Below are positions 31,214 to 43,784 of a stretch of 64,000 nt of DNA, piece after piece. Source of the stretch: the human T2T-CHM13v2.0 reference genome, Homo sapiens; NCBI RefSeq assembly GCF_009914755.1, contig NC_060940.1; one strand, given 5' to 3'. Every line of letters begins with the position of its first letter. Position 1 is the stretch's first letter. Made by a program: the position numbers and the translations under genes. The notes under the pieces are model-generated. The model saw nothing but the letters and a program-made list of their open reading frames with translations, searched no databases and had not been told where the DNA came from.

Positions 31214-32826
31214 CTAACATCATACTCAATGGTAGAAATCTGAACTATTTTTTCTTTAAGAGCAGGAACAAGGCAAAATGCCCATTCTTGCCTCTTCTAT
31301 TAAAAGTAGTAATTGAAGTCCCAGTCAGAGCAATTAGGCAATAAAAAAGTCATTTAAATTGTACAGAAAGAAGGAAAGTAAGCTCTTTTCACAGATGACA
31401 TGTTATATGTATAAAATGCATATGTAGAATCTTTAGATTGTATACACACACTTATTAGAACTATTAAATGAATTCAGTAAAGTTTTCAGGATACAAAATC
31501 AACACACAAAAATCAGTCGTGTTTTTTCCTACACTAACAATGAGCAATCTGAAAAAGTTATAAGAAAACAATTCTATTTACAATAGTATTCGAAGTATTC
31601 TACAATAGGATCCAGTAGGATCCAATAGTACCCAAAATAACCGGGAAGAAACTTAATCAAGTAGACAAAATCAAGTAGTCACTAAGACTACAAAATGTTG
31701 CTGAAAGAAATTAAAGAAGACACATGTCTAAATGGAAAGACACACATCTTCATGGGTTAGAATGGACATTCATGGTTCATGAAAGTTAACAATGTTACAA
31801 TTCAATATAAACCCAAGCAGTCTACAGACTCAATGCACTCTTCATCAAAGTTCCAATGGCATTTTTTTTTTCAGAAATAGCAAAAAAGTCCTAAAATTTA
31901 TATGGAATCTCAAGGGACATCAAGTAATCAAAACAATTTTGAAAAGGAACAATTTTGGTGGCCCCACACATTCAGAATAAAAAAAAAATCACAAAACTAC
32001 AATAATCAAACCAGTTTGGTGTTGTCATATAAACACATATAGACAAATGAAAATAATGAAAAGCTCAGACCTAAACCATCACACATACATTCAAGTGATT
32101 TGCAGCCGGGGGTGCCCAGACCACACAAAGGGAAATGACAGTCTTATGAACAAATGGCAAAAAATAAAGTTGGATCCATAATTTTCATCATATTTAAAAA
32201 CTAACAAACATTAATTCAAATAAACATCAGACTTAAGCTATAGAATTTCTAGAAAAAAAATATTGGGGAAAAGCTTCATGACATTGAAATTGGCAATAAT
32301 TTCCTTAACATGATACCAAAAGCACAGGCAATAAAAAAAAAAATAGACAAATGGGACTATATCGAACTTAAAATCTTTGCACATCAAAGAAAACAATCAC
32401 CAGAACCTAAAGGCAACCTGTGGGATGGTAGGAAATATTTGCAAATATGTACCTGATGAGGGGTTAATATCCAAAATATATAAAAAACTACAACTCACCA
32501 GCCACAACAAAAATAATCTAATTTGAAAATGCATAAAGGACTTGAATGAATATTTCTTTAAAGAAAATGTACAAATTACCAACGGACATATGAAAGGATG
32601 CTAAGAATAACTTATTATTAGAGAAATACAAATCAAAACTGCAATGAAAAATCACCCCATAACCTTTAGAATGGCCTCTAATACAAAAGCAGAAAATAAC
32701 AAGTGTTGTTGAAAATGTAAAAAAATTGTCACCCTTGTTCACTGCTGGTGGGAATGTAAAATAGTACAGCTACTATAAAACATAGTGTGGAGTTTTCTCA
32801 AAACATTAGAAACATAATTATCATAT

Positions 32827-33583
32827 TGAGGATTAAGCTATGATTTTTTTTTATCTTGCCCAAATTCCTATCTAAGGAGTCTGGGAAGCCATGCCCTACA
32901 AACCATAAATTCTCATCAGATGGGTTTTATTTAACCCTGTATATCATGACTTACTTTCCAAGGTGACTCTGGCATGGCAAGGAAGAAAATCAAAATGTTT
33001 TACCCCAAAATATATTTCCTTGCCACACCTTGATATTGCTCTGCAAAGTCTCTTGTGGGAAAAATCCACAGTCTATAGAGAATCCCCTTTCCCCTTTGTT
33101 TTTCTTCCTTCCTTTCCAGATCCAGGAGATAATCAACTAAGAGCCAGGCACCCTTTTAGGGTCCAATAAGAGGCATTTTACAACCTGCTCGCTCTCTGAA
33201 GTCTGCTATCTGCGAGCTTCCTCTGCACAATAAATCTTGGTCTTCACAATCCTTTATCTTAACCTGAACATTTCCTTTGATCCCAGGTCTTCAGATAAAA
33301 GTCAACCAATTGTCAACCAGAAAATGTTTAAATTTATGTATAACCTGGGAGCCCACACTTTGAATTGTCTCGCCTTTCTGAACAAAAACAAGGTATTTCT
33401 TAAATGTATTTGATTGATGTCTCATGCCTCCCTAAAATATATAAAACTAAGCTGTACCCCGACCACCTTGGGCACATGTTGTCAGGACCTCCTGAGGGCT
33501 GTGTCATGGGCCATGGTCACTCCTATTTGGCTCAGAATGAATCTCTTTAAATATTTTACAGAGTTTGACTCTTTTCATCAACA
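32827..33583 (+). mobile_element. ERV1 solo LTR, MER4E-like
   Basis: tgaggattaagctatgattttttttatcttgcccaaattcc...gactcttttcatcaaca; exact 4-bp TSD atat; L1 continuous across it. Confidence 0.9.
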
Positions 33584-35280
33584 ATATGATCTAAAAATCA
33601 TGCTTCTTGGTATACTGTGTATCCAAAAATACTTAAAAGCAGGATCCTAAAGAGATATTTGCATACTCATGTTTATTGTAGCATTGTTCCCAGTAGCCAA
33701 GAGGTGCTGGCAATCCGAATATCTGTTAATGGAGAAACAGATAAAAACAAATGTGCCTATACGTGCAATGGAACATGATGCAGCCTTGAAAAAACAAAGG
33801 AACAAGAAATCCTGCTGCATGCTAGGACATGAATGAACCTTGAGGACATTATGCTAAGTAAGATAAGCCAGTCACAAAAAGACAAACACCAGATGATTTC
33901 AATTTTATGATATATGTAAAGTAGTCAAGCAAATAGAAACAAAGTAGAGTGGTGGTTGCCAGGAGCTGGAGGTAGAAGAAAATGGAAAATTGTTTTTCAA
34001 TGAGTAAGCATCAGTGTTGCAAGTTATAAGAAAATTTTAGAGATATGTTGCACAACAATGTGAATGCAGTTAATACTGCTATACACTTAAATCAATAAAT
34101 GCTATGCTATGTGTATTTTACCACAGTTAAAATAATAAATAAATAAATGAAAATCTAATGATCAGGCTTGGGAAATTGCACTTTAAAGAAACTTTCCATC
34201 CTGTCATTATGTCAGCATCTTAGGCATAGATTAAATATGAGGAAGAAAAATTTAACAGTCTACACAGATGAAATAACTCCATTTCTTTTTGTTACCATAT
34301 TATGTAAAAATGGAAGAATTTTTTCTACTATAGATGGTTTGATTTTCTGACTTTAAAAATTTGATGTCTGGAAAAGGCAGTTGCAAGAAAAGCACAAAGA
34401 CCTGAAACTTATTTACAAAGAAAGTCTGGCATCAGGTGCATCCTGGATATATTCCACATGTATGAAGATGACAGTAATAAAGAAAACAGATTAGTGGTTT
34501 CAGATACAACTCTAAATATGAAATCAAAAAGTCAGAACCTTGATTTGCAATTGAGTTTTCCTGATATAGATAATTCTTATTGAAAAGATTGTTCTAGAGT
34601 GAATAGCATCAAGGTTTAGTTATTTAATTATGATTGATGATTTCCCCCTGCAAAATCTGTTTAACTCAGCTATTCAAGAATGAGTCAAGATTGAATTGGC
34701 TAAGTAGTTCAGTACTAAAGCCATGAAAGTGAAAATGATTGTTGAACTACTTGCTAATAATAACTAACAAATTTTATGCAGGTGGAATCTTAATGACTTA
34801 AGAAGATGTTTCATAGATAAATAAAATTAAACTACAGTGCTAATGCAGGGTTATACACACATATATTTTTAAGGACACTTAAACGTTTCTAAAATTGTCC
34901 CTGACTACAATTATCATTATTTCTAAAGCAGAGGACATCTTAACACCAGAAAAGTAGAAAGAGTATAATCTCAGGAAAAAAACTTCTTTTAATTGACTCA
35001 TTTTTATTAAATATTTTAATATCCTTTACTTATAGGTCCAATTTTGAAACACTGGAAACTTTGCCTATTTTGGCATGCTTCCTTGGAGTCAAAGATTGTC
35101 AAATAACAATCCAAGAAGTTATGCCATTTTTTAATAAAGTAAAATAATTTTGTGAAAGCTCAGACAGGAGAATTTAAGTTCCAAAGGTGGTTTCATTTCA
35201 CTGAATCGGAAGTTACCTATAAATCATTATTAATAAACATGTACTGCACATATTTATTAATATGAAAATATGCATAGAAT

Positions 35281-35460
35281 TAATTCATTTCTTTACTCAT
35301 TCATTTATCTATTCAAAAACACACAGTAAATACTTAATACAGCACAAGAATTCTGTTAGGCACTGGTAGAAAATAGTTGAAGAGACTCATCTAGTTCATG
35401 TCTTCATGAAACATAATCTTCTAGGGAAGACAGCCATTGAACGAGTAGTCTCAAGTGCTC
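35281..35460 (-). mobile_element. L2 3' fragment
   Basis: ttcattcattt...aaatacttaatac...tctgttaggcactgg. Confidence 0.6.
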
Positions 35461-36575
35461 TGGAGAAAGTTTTGATCTGTATCAGAGAATTTCCAATTTA
35501 CAAGGGTAGCGATTTTAAATATGTTCTATTTTCCTCTGCAACAACCATAGGCTTTGTTTTAAGATTTGTGGTTTTTGTTAGGGTGTTGTTTGAGTATTGC
35601 CCATAATTTACTAATTGCCATAACAATTTATATTAGTTCAGTAATCCCCTCATTCATTAAACATTTATAGAATAATAATTGTGTAAAAGGGCCCTAGTTA
35701 GACACAGTGAGGGAAAGGGACATTATTAGTCATGAGCATTACTATTTAGAAATTCTAGATGAATTGGAGGAAGCTGTAGGGAGAAAGGATGAACATCATT
35801 GAAAAGATAAAAGTTGCAAGAACCAAATGTCAGGCACTGACAGGTCTCAAGAAAATCAGATGAAAAGAAAGAAAGAAAGGGCTTCTGACTAGAGAAAACA
35901 AAGAAAGAATCCTGCCTTGGAGACATGAGTCCTCTCTTCCTGGACATCTCTGCTTGTTTCTCAGTTTGTCCAAAACAAGGGTGAAAATCTTAAACTTCTT
36001 TAAATGAGAAAACACTAATTTTGCTTCTTTAACCAGAAAATATTAACTATAGCAGGAATGGGATCCATGTTGGATCGCTTATGCACAGTTTTAATATGGC
36101 TATCTATTACTTACTCTAAATCTTGGAATGACCCTGGAAGAGGAATTATCAGTGCTCATGCCTCCAATGTGGTCATCACACTGACTTTCTTAGGTAACGC
36201 TGAAGAGTCTCCGTGTGGCTCCTTTTTAGTTCCTGTGACAATGAAAGACATTACTGTCTAGGACTTTAAACATTGTCAGAATCAAAAGAGACCCCATTAT
36301 TGGCTACATTTGCAACTTTGGACAGCATCAGATTTTGAGAAGAAGAAGGTCAGCAAGAAAGAAAATGTGTTCTTAATTGGATGTGACATCTCCTGGAGGA
36401 AGAAAAAGATGGAGGAGTCATCAGAATGAAAGAACACATGATGATGAACAAAAAAATAGAAAATCCTAGAGAGAATGTCAATATAAGTCTAATACAATAG
36501 CCAATATACCTTCCATTCAAGCTAGGAAAAAAACCTGCATAACGTAAGCAGAAAAGGTAACTTACTAGTTCATGT

Positions 36576-37164
36576 TGTCAGAGGTGCTCAGACAAGAGTG
36601 ACTCCATCTTGAATAGCTGCTGGGTAAAATGAGTGACACCTACTGCCTGCATTCCCAGAAGGTTAAGCATTCTTAGTCACGGGATATCTGCAGGTAAGGG
36701 AACAAGTTAATAATATTTACTGAACAGACCCAGGACTTATCAGGCCCAGGAAATAATAGACTTGGAAATGTCCTCATATTCCAATGTCTTAAGGACAAAA
36801 GCATTTTTTTAGTTTAAGTTTCACTTTAAAAATAATAATATAGATTCTTGAAGAAGACAGTAATTACAAAAAGATTAGCAATCCTGTCACAAGCTGTTGT
36901 AGCAGAGCACTTCTCCCCTGTGATTTTATTTTGCTTTGTTATATATAAAAAAGCACTGGACCTAAGGTGGACATGTTTCTCCTCTTGCGTTTGGAAATGC
37001 CCTGATCTGTTTATGGAGTAGCTAGTCTTTCATTCCTTTCACTGTACTCTGTGGACTCGTTCCAAATTCTTTATTTTTATTTTTATTTTTTTTCCAAATT
37101 CTTTATTGTGAGAGATCCAAGAACCCTCTCTCAGGATGTGGATCGGTACCCCTTTCTGATAACG
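36576..37164 (+). mobile_element. ERV1 solo LTR, MER41 family (not the A/B type)
   Basis: tgtcagaggtg...actccatcttgaatag...gagatccaagaaccctctc...ggatcggtacccctttctgataac; probable TSD atgt/acgt. Confidence 0.88.
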
Positions 37165-37239
37165 TAACTGACGCTTGTAAAGACTAGTCTTCCTTCAATC
37201 ATAGCTAAGCCAAATGGTTCACATTAACTTATCAGGCTT

Positions 37240-37345
37240 TCTCCCATCCTCTCTCCCTTCCTCACTCTATCCTTCCTTCTCCATCTTCCACTTCCTCTCC
37301 TCCCTCTCAGATCGATCAAATGATCTATCTCTCTATCTATCTATC
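37240..37345. repeat. CT-rich low-complexity tract with (TCTA)n
   Basis: Pyrimidine-rich tract followed by tctatc repeats. Confidence 0.8.
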
Positions 37346-38169
37346 ATTCTAACACAGAACAATGCAAAAACAACGAAGCCAAAAAATAGAACAAAGGCAA
37401 GAACAAAGGCTACCAAAACTCCCAAGGCTATATTTTACTGCTTGTAATTCTAAAGAAGAGACATCAGTTATTTCTTTAAATTTCCCAGTATGAAATTGTA
37501 AGGAAGGTTTTCTGGCCTATTTTTGATAATCTTAACACTAGTAACTGTATAGAGGTAGATCAGTTACCATGATTAGTTTATGGAATTTGATAATTTGATG
37601 GATTGGATTCCATCATTGAATGGAAAAACAGGAACATATTGATATCTCCACCAGAACCATTTTTAATAGGGAACAATGCTTTTTTCAAAGAACTTTTGCT
37701 GGCCAGTAAAATCAGCATGCCACTCCTGGCCTCTTCTCTCTTTGATGCTGAAAGCTAGTTAGTTTTCTCTTATTACAGGGTCTATTTTCTTACTAGTGTT
37801 ATAAAAGAAATGTGTATTTGTATTGAAGTAGAGGCACACAGAAAAAGGAGTCTCGGTCTACTACAGAGAAGGATGGAAAATAATGTGAATAAGATGAGAA
37901 CAATCTGTCAAGCTTGTGATTTGCAGAGATTTGCCAAAGCTGTTCAAACCCCTATACATTTAACAGGTGTGAAAATTACTCTTACTTAGTTAACTCAGAT
38001 ATTTCTCTTTTTTCCTCTTGCACCCACTGACACAGGCCTGAAAGTTTCCTTTTTACTTTCTAATTGATTTTCTGCACTATATTTTCTGCAGACCCCCATG
38101 TCAACATTTAGGAAAGTGAAATGCCAGTGCTATTGCAAATTGGGGAATAAAGTGTAGCTTGGACATTTT

Positions 38170-38345
38170 TATAATAATCACATTAGACAAAAAATGCATT
38201 CCAGGGTGTTTTTAATGGGTCTAATAGAGGCCCAGAGACTCAGGGGAGCATAAGGCTATAGGCCAAAGAATTTCAACCACCCGAGAAGAAAACTAATGGC
38301 CCATTAAAGCACACCCTGGAGTGCTTTATCGTTGTCATTGGAATT
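38170..38345. mobile_element. Ancient palindromic DNA element, MER136-like (tentative)
   Basis: Inverted arms gacaaaaaatgcattccagggtgtttttaatggg and cccattaaagcacaccctggagtgctttatcgttgtc around a central aggctataggcc motif. Confidence 0.65.
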
Positions 38346-39457
38346 AGAATATATGTTTTTGTTTAAAATAGAATGCTACTTTGATGACATTTTAACATGT
38401 CGCCTACTTTTTCTCCATTGACTATCAGTACCTTAAAAAGTCAAGCAGAAATTAGGCTACAACAGAAGCAAATTAAACCTTTGGTTTCACAGAGAAACTA
38501 GAGGTGTTATGACAATTAAATTATTTTACAGAACTATGAAGTTATTCTATAATCCAATTATTTTACCAAGGAATTTGGAGAGTAGGTATTTGAATGGTGG
38601 GAGAAAACAGAATGTTAACGCAGTCCTAAGAAATATGACATCTGGAATAACTTTCTATTGACTAACATCAGATTCTTAAATTAATATATATTCAAGTATC
38701 TCTGAAATCTTTTTCTTTCGTTAGGTGGGTTTTAGCATTTAAATTGATCCATAAAACTTGTGTGTGGTAACATACATGTGGAAATTACAAAACTGGTAAC
38801 ATTTTTTAAAGAAAACTACGTTTAGATTCCTGAAACTGCATCTTTTCCTCTGTTATATAAGTTGAAAAAAATGTCCCTCTGCATTTGGTAACTATAAGAC
38901 ACTACTAAATCAAATGAGTTTTATTAATGGATTTGCATACTTGTATAGAAACATCTTTCATGAAAGCCTACTGACAAGAGCTAATCATCAACTTATATTT
39001 ATTAAATGTTAATAGAAAACTCAGAAAGCTCAAAGAACAGTAAAAGTGACTCCTGGAAAAGATACTTTAAAAACTAAGGTAGGCATAATATTATCTGATC
39101 ATCTTGCGTGGTGAGTTCATATGTCATTACATCATTTTATACTTAAGTGTATGAAGAATGTATTTTATAGTCTGTGACCAGTTAGATATATTGTCCAGAA
39201 GAGATACCTCAAAATGCAGCAGGAAATAATAAATTGATTAAGAATTAAATTCTAAGACCACATATATTAATTAGCCAGTCTTACTAGAAAGAATAGTGTG
39301 GTAAGGAGTTAATGAGAGACTGCTTACGACACAGAATAATTTTCACATGTTAAGGATCAGTGTGTACTACTTCCACTCATTCTTAATGGGCAAGATGTGT
39401 GTGTGTGTATGTTCATGTAGGTGTTTTTAAATAATTAAATGAAAAAGGGGGTAAAAT

Positions 39458-40441
39458 TGTTACCGGTGGAAGAGATCCAAATTACCCCGAGTAACCATCA
39501 GCTAATCCATACAGGTCCACAGCAACTTCAGTTCTTCCCTCCTCAGAAAAAAAAATTCGTCCAAGAGGCATAAAGCAGAAAAAAAGAGACTGAGGCAAGT
39601 TTCAGAGCAAGAGTGGAAATTTAAAAGGCTTTAGAACAGGTAACAAAGGAAAGAACATCTGGAAGAGATCCAAGTGGGTGCCTGAAGGTCCAAGAGAAGA
39701 AAAGGGCAGAGAAAAAGATCCTTTAATCTTGATCCTAGGACGTTATGGGCTCGCCTTTTTCTCCGCATGCCGGGTGCCCTCCTAGCCCTTGGGAACTGAG
39801 CACATGCAGTGTGTTTAGGGAGTCATACGCATGCCCATCTGAGGCTTTCTTCACTTTTCCGGTGGAATGTGCCCCTGGAAGATCATACTTTGCCATTTTT
39901 TCATTTTTGTCTCTTAACACGCATGCCCAGGAAGTTGCTTCTCCCTGGTGTCTTCATTCAATTAACTTTTTTTTTTCGAGACGGAGCCTTGCTTTGTCAC
40001 CCAGGCTGGAGTGCAGGGGCGTAATCTTGGTTCACTGCAACCGCCGCCTCCGGAGTTCGAGCGATTCTCCTGCCTCAGCCTCCGGAGTAGCTGGGGTCAC
40101 AGGAGTGCGCCGCCATGCCTGGCTAAGTTTTGTATTTTTAGTAGAGACGGGGTTTCACCATGTTGGCCAGGCTGGTCTTGAACTCCTGACCTCAGGTGAT
40201 CCACCTACCTCGGCCTCCCAAAGTGCTAGGATTACAGGCGTGAGCCACTGCACCCAGCCTCAATTAACATTTTTAATGTTAACATGTGTGGACAATCAGG
40301 AGATTGTCTCTCCGTGGCTACTGAATTATCATTTTTAGAGAGGCAATGCGGTAATTGACGAACCATCACAGGACATTCCTAGTGGGTGGCAGGGACAGCC
40401 CTCTCCTGCCCTGCTTATTGCCTATCTAACTACCTGTAACA
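39458..40441 (-). mobile_element. ERV1 solo LTR, LTR9B/MER50-related, containing an Alu
   Basis: Termini tgtta...taaca; exact 4-bp TSD aaat; the reverse complement starts tgttacaggtagttagataggc...gcagggcaggagagggc. Confidence 0.85.
39967..40259 (-). mobile_element. AluS (Sx-like) inside the LTR
   Basis: Antisense dimer; TSD tcaattaac(a)tttt on both sides. Confidence 0.97.
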
Positions 40442-41166
40442 AAATCACTAACTAAGGAGAGGTCAGACTTACATATGTGCACATAGACCCAAGTTACAAA
40501 GATAGGCAGCATCTACTTGCTTTAGTCTGAACATATATACTCCTAAGGAAAGTGGCCTTGTGAGCTGTGTGTATTGACCAGCTCTATCATCCAGGTGCCT
40601 ATGTATGTATGTAGCGTAACCTTGACCAAATGCATTTCTCTTTAGTACAATATTCAACAAAGAGAGCTGCCCAGCCACAAATACATATGCAAAAAAGGAA
40701 GAAGAAAACAAACAAACAAAAAAAAACAAACAAAAAAAGATTATCCCACTACTTAGTGAAAACAGTTGAAATTTTTTCTTGTTATATTATTTTCAAAGCA
40801 ACCAGCCCCAAGTCAGGCTGTGCTCCAAAGTTATAGATTTCCTGGAATATTTTGTTAAATCAAATTCTTAATTCATTCCTATATGGTGCTCTGGATGACA
40901 AAGGAAATTCAGTTTGTGCTGTAAATCCCAGATATGGATAGGATGGCTTACAGTTATGGATAGGGTGGCTTACAAGAATATCAAAAGGTGAAAATGACAG
41001 AAGAAGAAATTAAAAAAAAATCCTGCAACTATAGTTAATATAGAAGCATCAGTGATTGACAGCAGCAAGTAGCCATTTCTGGTCTTTGAACAGCACCAAA
41101 TACTGCTACATTCCTCAGGCAAAAGTTGATCCTTTTAGGACAATTACACTTTTTACTTTATATGTA

Positions 41167-41169
<3 letters not shown>

Positions 41170-41198
<29 letters not shown>
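41170..41198. repeat. (TA)n microsatellite
   Basis: About 14 TA units. Confidence 0.95.
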
Positions 41199-41201
<3 letters not shown>

Positions 41202-42156
41202 AAATATAAATATAATATGGTCTGAAAGTCAAATAAAGATGAATGACCCTTGAAAAAAAGAATTTTGGAGAGCAGTACAGAAGAACATTTTCAATTTACA
41301 AAATTAATTGCATTTAGATTTCTAATTAGACTTGCTTAACCACATTGGTAGCTAATTTTGCCCAATAAACTTGAATTTTACTTCACCTTAACATAGAAGA
41401 AACTGAGAAAAAGAGCCATTTACTCATATTTATTTGAGATGCCCGTGAGTCTTCATTTTTTCCTTAGACAATAATCTGAAGTTTATGCAAATGAATTAGT
41501 TAGAAAAGGAGAATTTGGTAAGCTTGTAACACAGATATATTACTAAAATAAATATAGCTCATGTAGCTCTCAGTTGATAATTAATCTTTTAGTAGTTGTA
41601 GGTAATGGAATTTGTTTGGTACAAAAGTGGTGACTAAACCCATTCATTTTTTCTATTTATTTCAAGTGACTTACAAGAATGCAATTAAACGTAGGCTTTC
41701 AAATTCATTCCCTTAATTGGTGATTTGATATTGTTAACTGTCCTTTGATGCAAAAGGAGAAGTTGGTAGTTTTTTTAATATACATTTTCTAAATTTTTTG
41801 AACATAAAGAACAGCATAATAAATTGTTTCCTTTATTAATAAGTGTTGATAACATCCTTCTACTCTTCATAATAGTGTCCATGCAGGAAATAGGTGAAAG
41901 GATGATAGGCGGGTGATAGGAGGAATTGAAGCAAGCAAGTCTAAACTGATATTCCAGAATCCATTTCCATGGTCATCATGGTAAGAGGTAGGGATTGGGA
42001 AAAGGCTTAAAATCAGTTGCTTTGAGGTGGCTGATGAGTGGAGCTAACTCATGAAACCAATTTGAAGAGTCATTCAGGCTTGATGAAATGGGAAGACTAT
42101 TGCATTTGGAATCCAAAGACTCTGGTGCTGTTTTTGGATCTATCATCTATAAACCA

Positions 42157-43132
42157 TGAAGATAATCAGAATATGCCACCCCAAAATATGCCATTTTAGC
42201 ATAAGGATTATTTTGAGCTGAAGGCAATGTAGAAAAAAAAAAAGACACAGAAGTACCCTCTACCCTTCCCTTATCTGCCTGAAAGCAGGGCATAAATTTT
42301 CTTTGTGAATGTGTTTCCCTCTCTTGTATCAGAAAGGGAAGAATTTTTATCGGTAGAGATGGGAACAGTACCGAGATGAGACTGCATAAACAACATCTTA
42401 CAGAGTAACCCTATCTTTCTTTACTTTCCCTCATATAATTACAATCCGATAATGTACCACCATGAGAGACCAAAACTTTTTTCCCTTGGTCTTTTCTTAC
42501 AACGTTTTGCCTTTTGCTAGAATGGTATATAAGCCCCCAGGTTTGAATGCTTCTTTGGGTCTTCATTTCTTCCCTATATACTCCTCTGTGCATGTAAAAA
42601 AAAAAAAATAGCAAATAATATTTATATACCTTTTGATATAGTTTTGATATTTGTCACCTGGAGTCTCCCGTTGAACTATAACCCCCAATGATGGAGGTGG
42701 GTCTTGGTGTGAAGCGATTAGGTCATGGGGGCAGATCCTTCATGGCATGGTAGTGTCTTCATGATAGTGAATTATAGCGAGATCTGATTATTTAAAAGTG
42801 GGTGGTACCTCACCCCTCCTCCCTTGGTCCTGCCCTTGTCGTATGATACTCCAGTGCCTGCTTCTCCTTCCCTCGTGAGAAAAGCTCTCTGAGGCTTCCC
42901 TAGAAGCTGAACAGATGCCAGCACCATGCTTGTACAGCCTGCAAAACCATGAGCCAATTAAACTTCTTTTCTTTATAAATTACTCAGTGTCAGGTACTTC
43001 TTTGTAGTAACGCAATAACAGCCCAACACACCCTTTCTTCCATTGATTGGCAATTTTTCAGTTTAACTTGCATGTTGTATCTACTGATGCTAAGAGGGTT
43101 AAAAAAAAGTGTTTGTTTTTTTCTTCCATATA
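42157..43132 (+). mobile_element. ERV1 solo LTR, MER34 family, interrupted by an MST LTR
   Basis: cagaatatgccaccccaaaatatgcc...cataaggattattttgagctga; TATA-like ggtatataag at ~42525; 3' end approximate. Confidence 0.8.
42634..43030 (+). mobile_element. MaLR solo LTR, MSTB-like
   Basis: tgatatagttttgatatttgtc...gagccaattaaacttcttttctttataaattac...cccaacaca; TSD ccttt/ccctt. Confidence 0.9.
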
Positions 43133-43474
43133 CCATATTATCCGTGTCCCTGCAAAGAACATGATCTTATTCTTTTTATGACTGCTCAGACATGGATAGT
43201 TTGGTTCTCTTTAGGCACTATTTTCAGAATACAGCAAGTTGCCCTAAAATATGTGAATTTGTGTAGCTTCAGAAATTTACCTTAAAATACACCAAATCTA
43301 GATCTCCAGAAAGATTAAAAAAAACATCAATTTCTTAAAAGAAAATACCCACAATTAATTGCCTGTGATCCCATAGATCATTGAATTACATTTAATCCAT
43401 ATATTGTATTTCAATCTGATTGGTTAGAGATTAGTCTTATCTCTTTTCTAAATCCTTTAAAAAATTATAGAACT

Positions 43475-43775
43475 GGCCAGGTGTGGTGGCTTATGCCTGT
43501 AATCCCAGCACTTTGGGAGGCGAGGCAGGTGAATCACCTGAGGTCAGGAGTTTGAGACCAGCCTGACCAATATGGTGAAACCCCGTTTCTATTAAAAATA
43601 CAAAAGTTAGCAGGGTGTGGTGGTGTGAGTCTGTAGTTCCAGCTACTTGGGAGTCTGAGACAGGTGAATTGTGAATTGCTTGAACCTGGGAGGCAGAAGT
43701 TGCAGTGAGCCAAGATGGTGCCATTGTACTCCAGCCTGGGCGACAAAGCAAGAATTCGTCTCAAAAAAAAAAAAA
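43475..43775 (+). mobile_element. AluS (Sx-like)
   Basis: Full dimer; TSD aaaaattatagaa/aaaaattgtataa. Confidence 0.97.
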
Positions 43776-43784
43776 TTGTATAAA

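Noticed and set aside
34350-34495. Protein-like reading DVWKRQLQEKHKDLKLIYKES
   Set aside because: No start codon or convincing splice sites, and no recognisable homology.
39745-40338. 197-aa ORF as a gene
   Set aside because: It spans an antisense LTR and an antisense Alu ([10 protein letters not shown]...[19 protein letters not shown] is the standard Alu translation).
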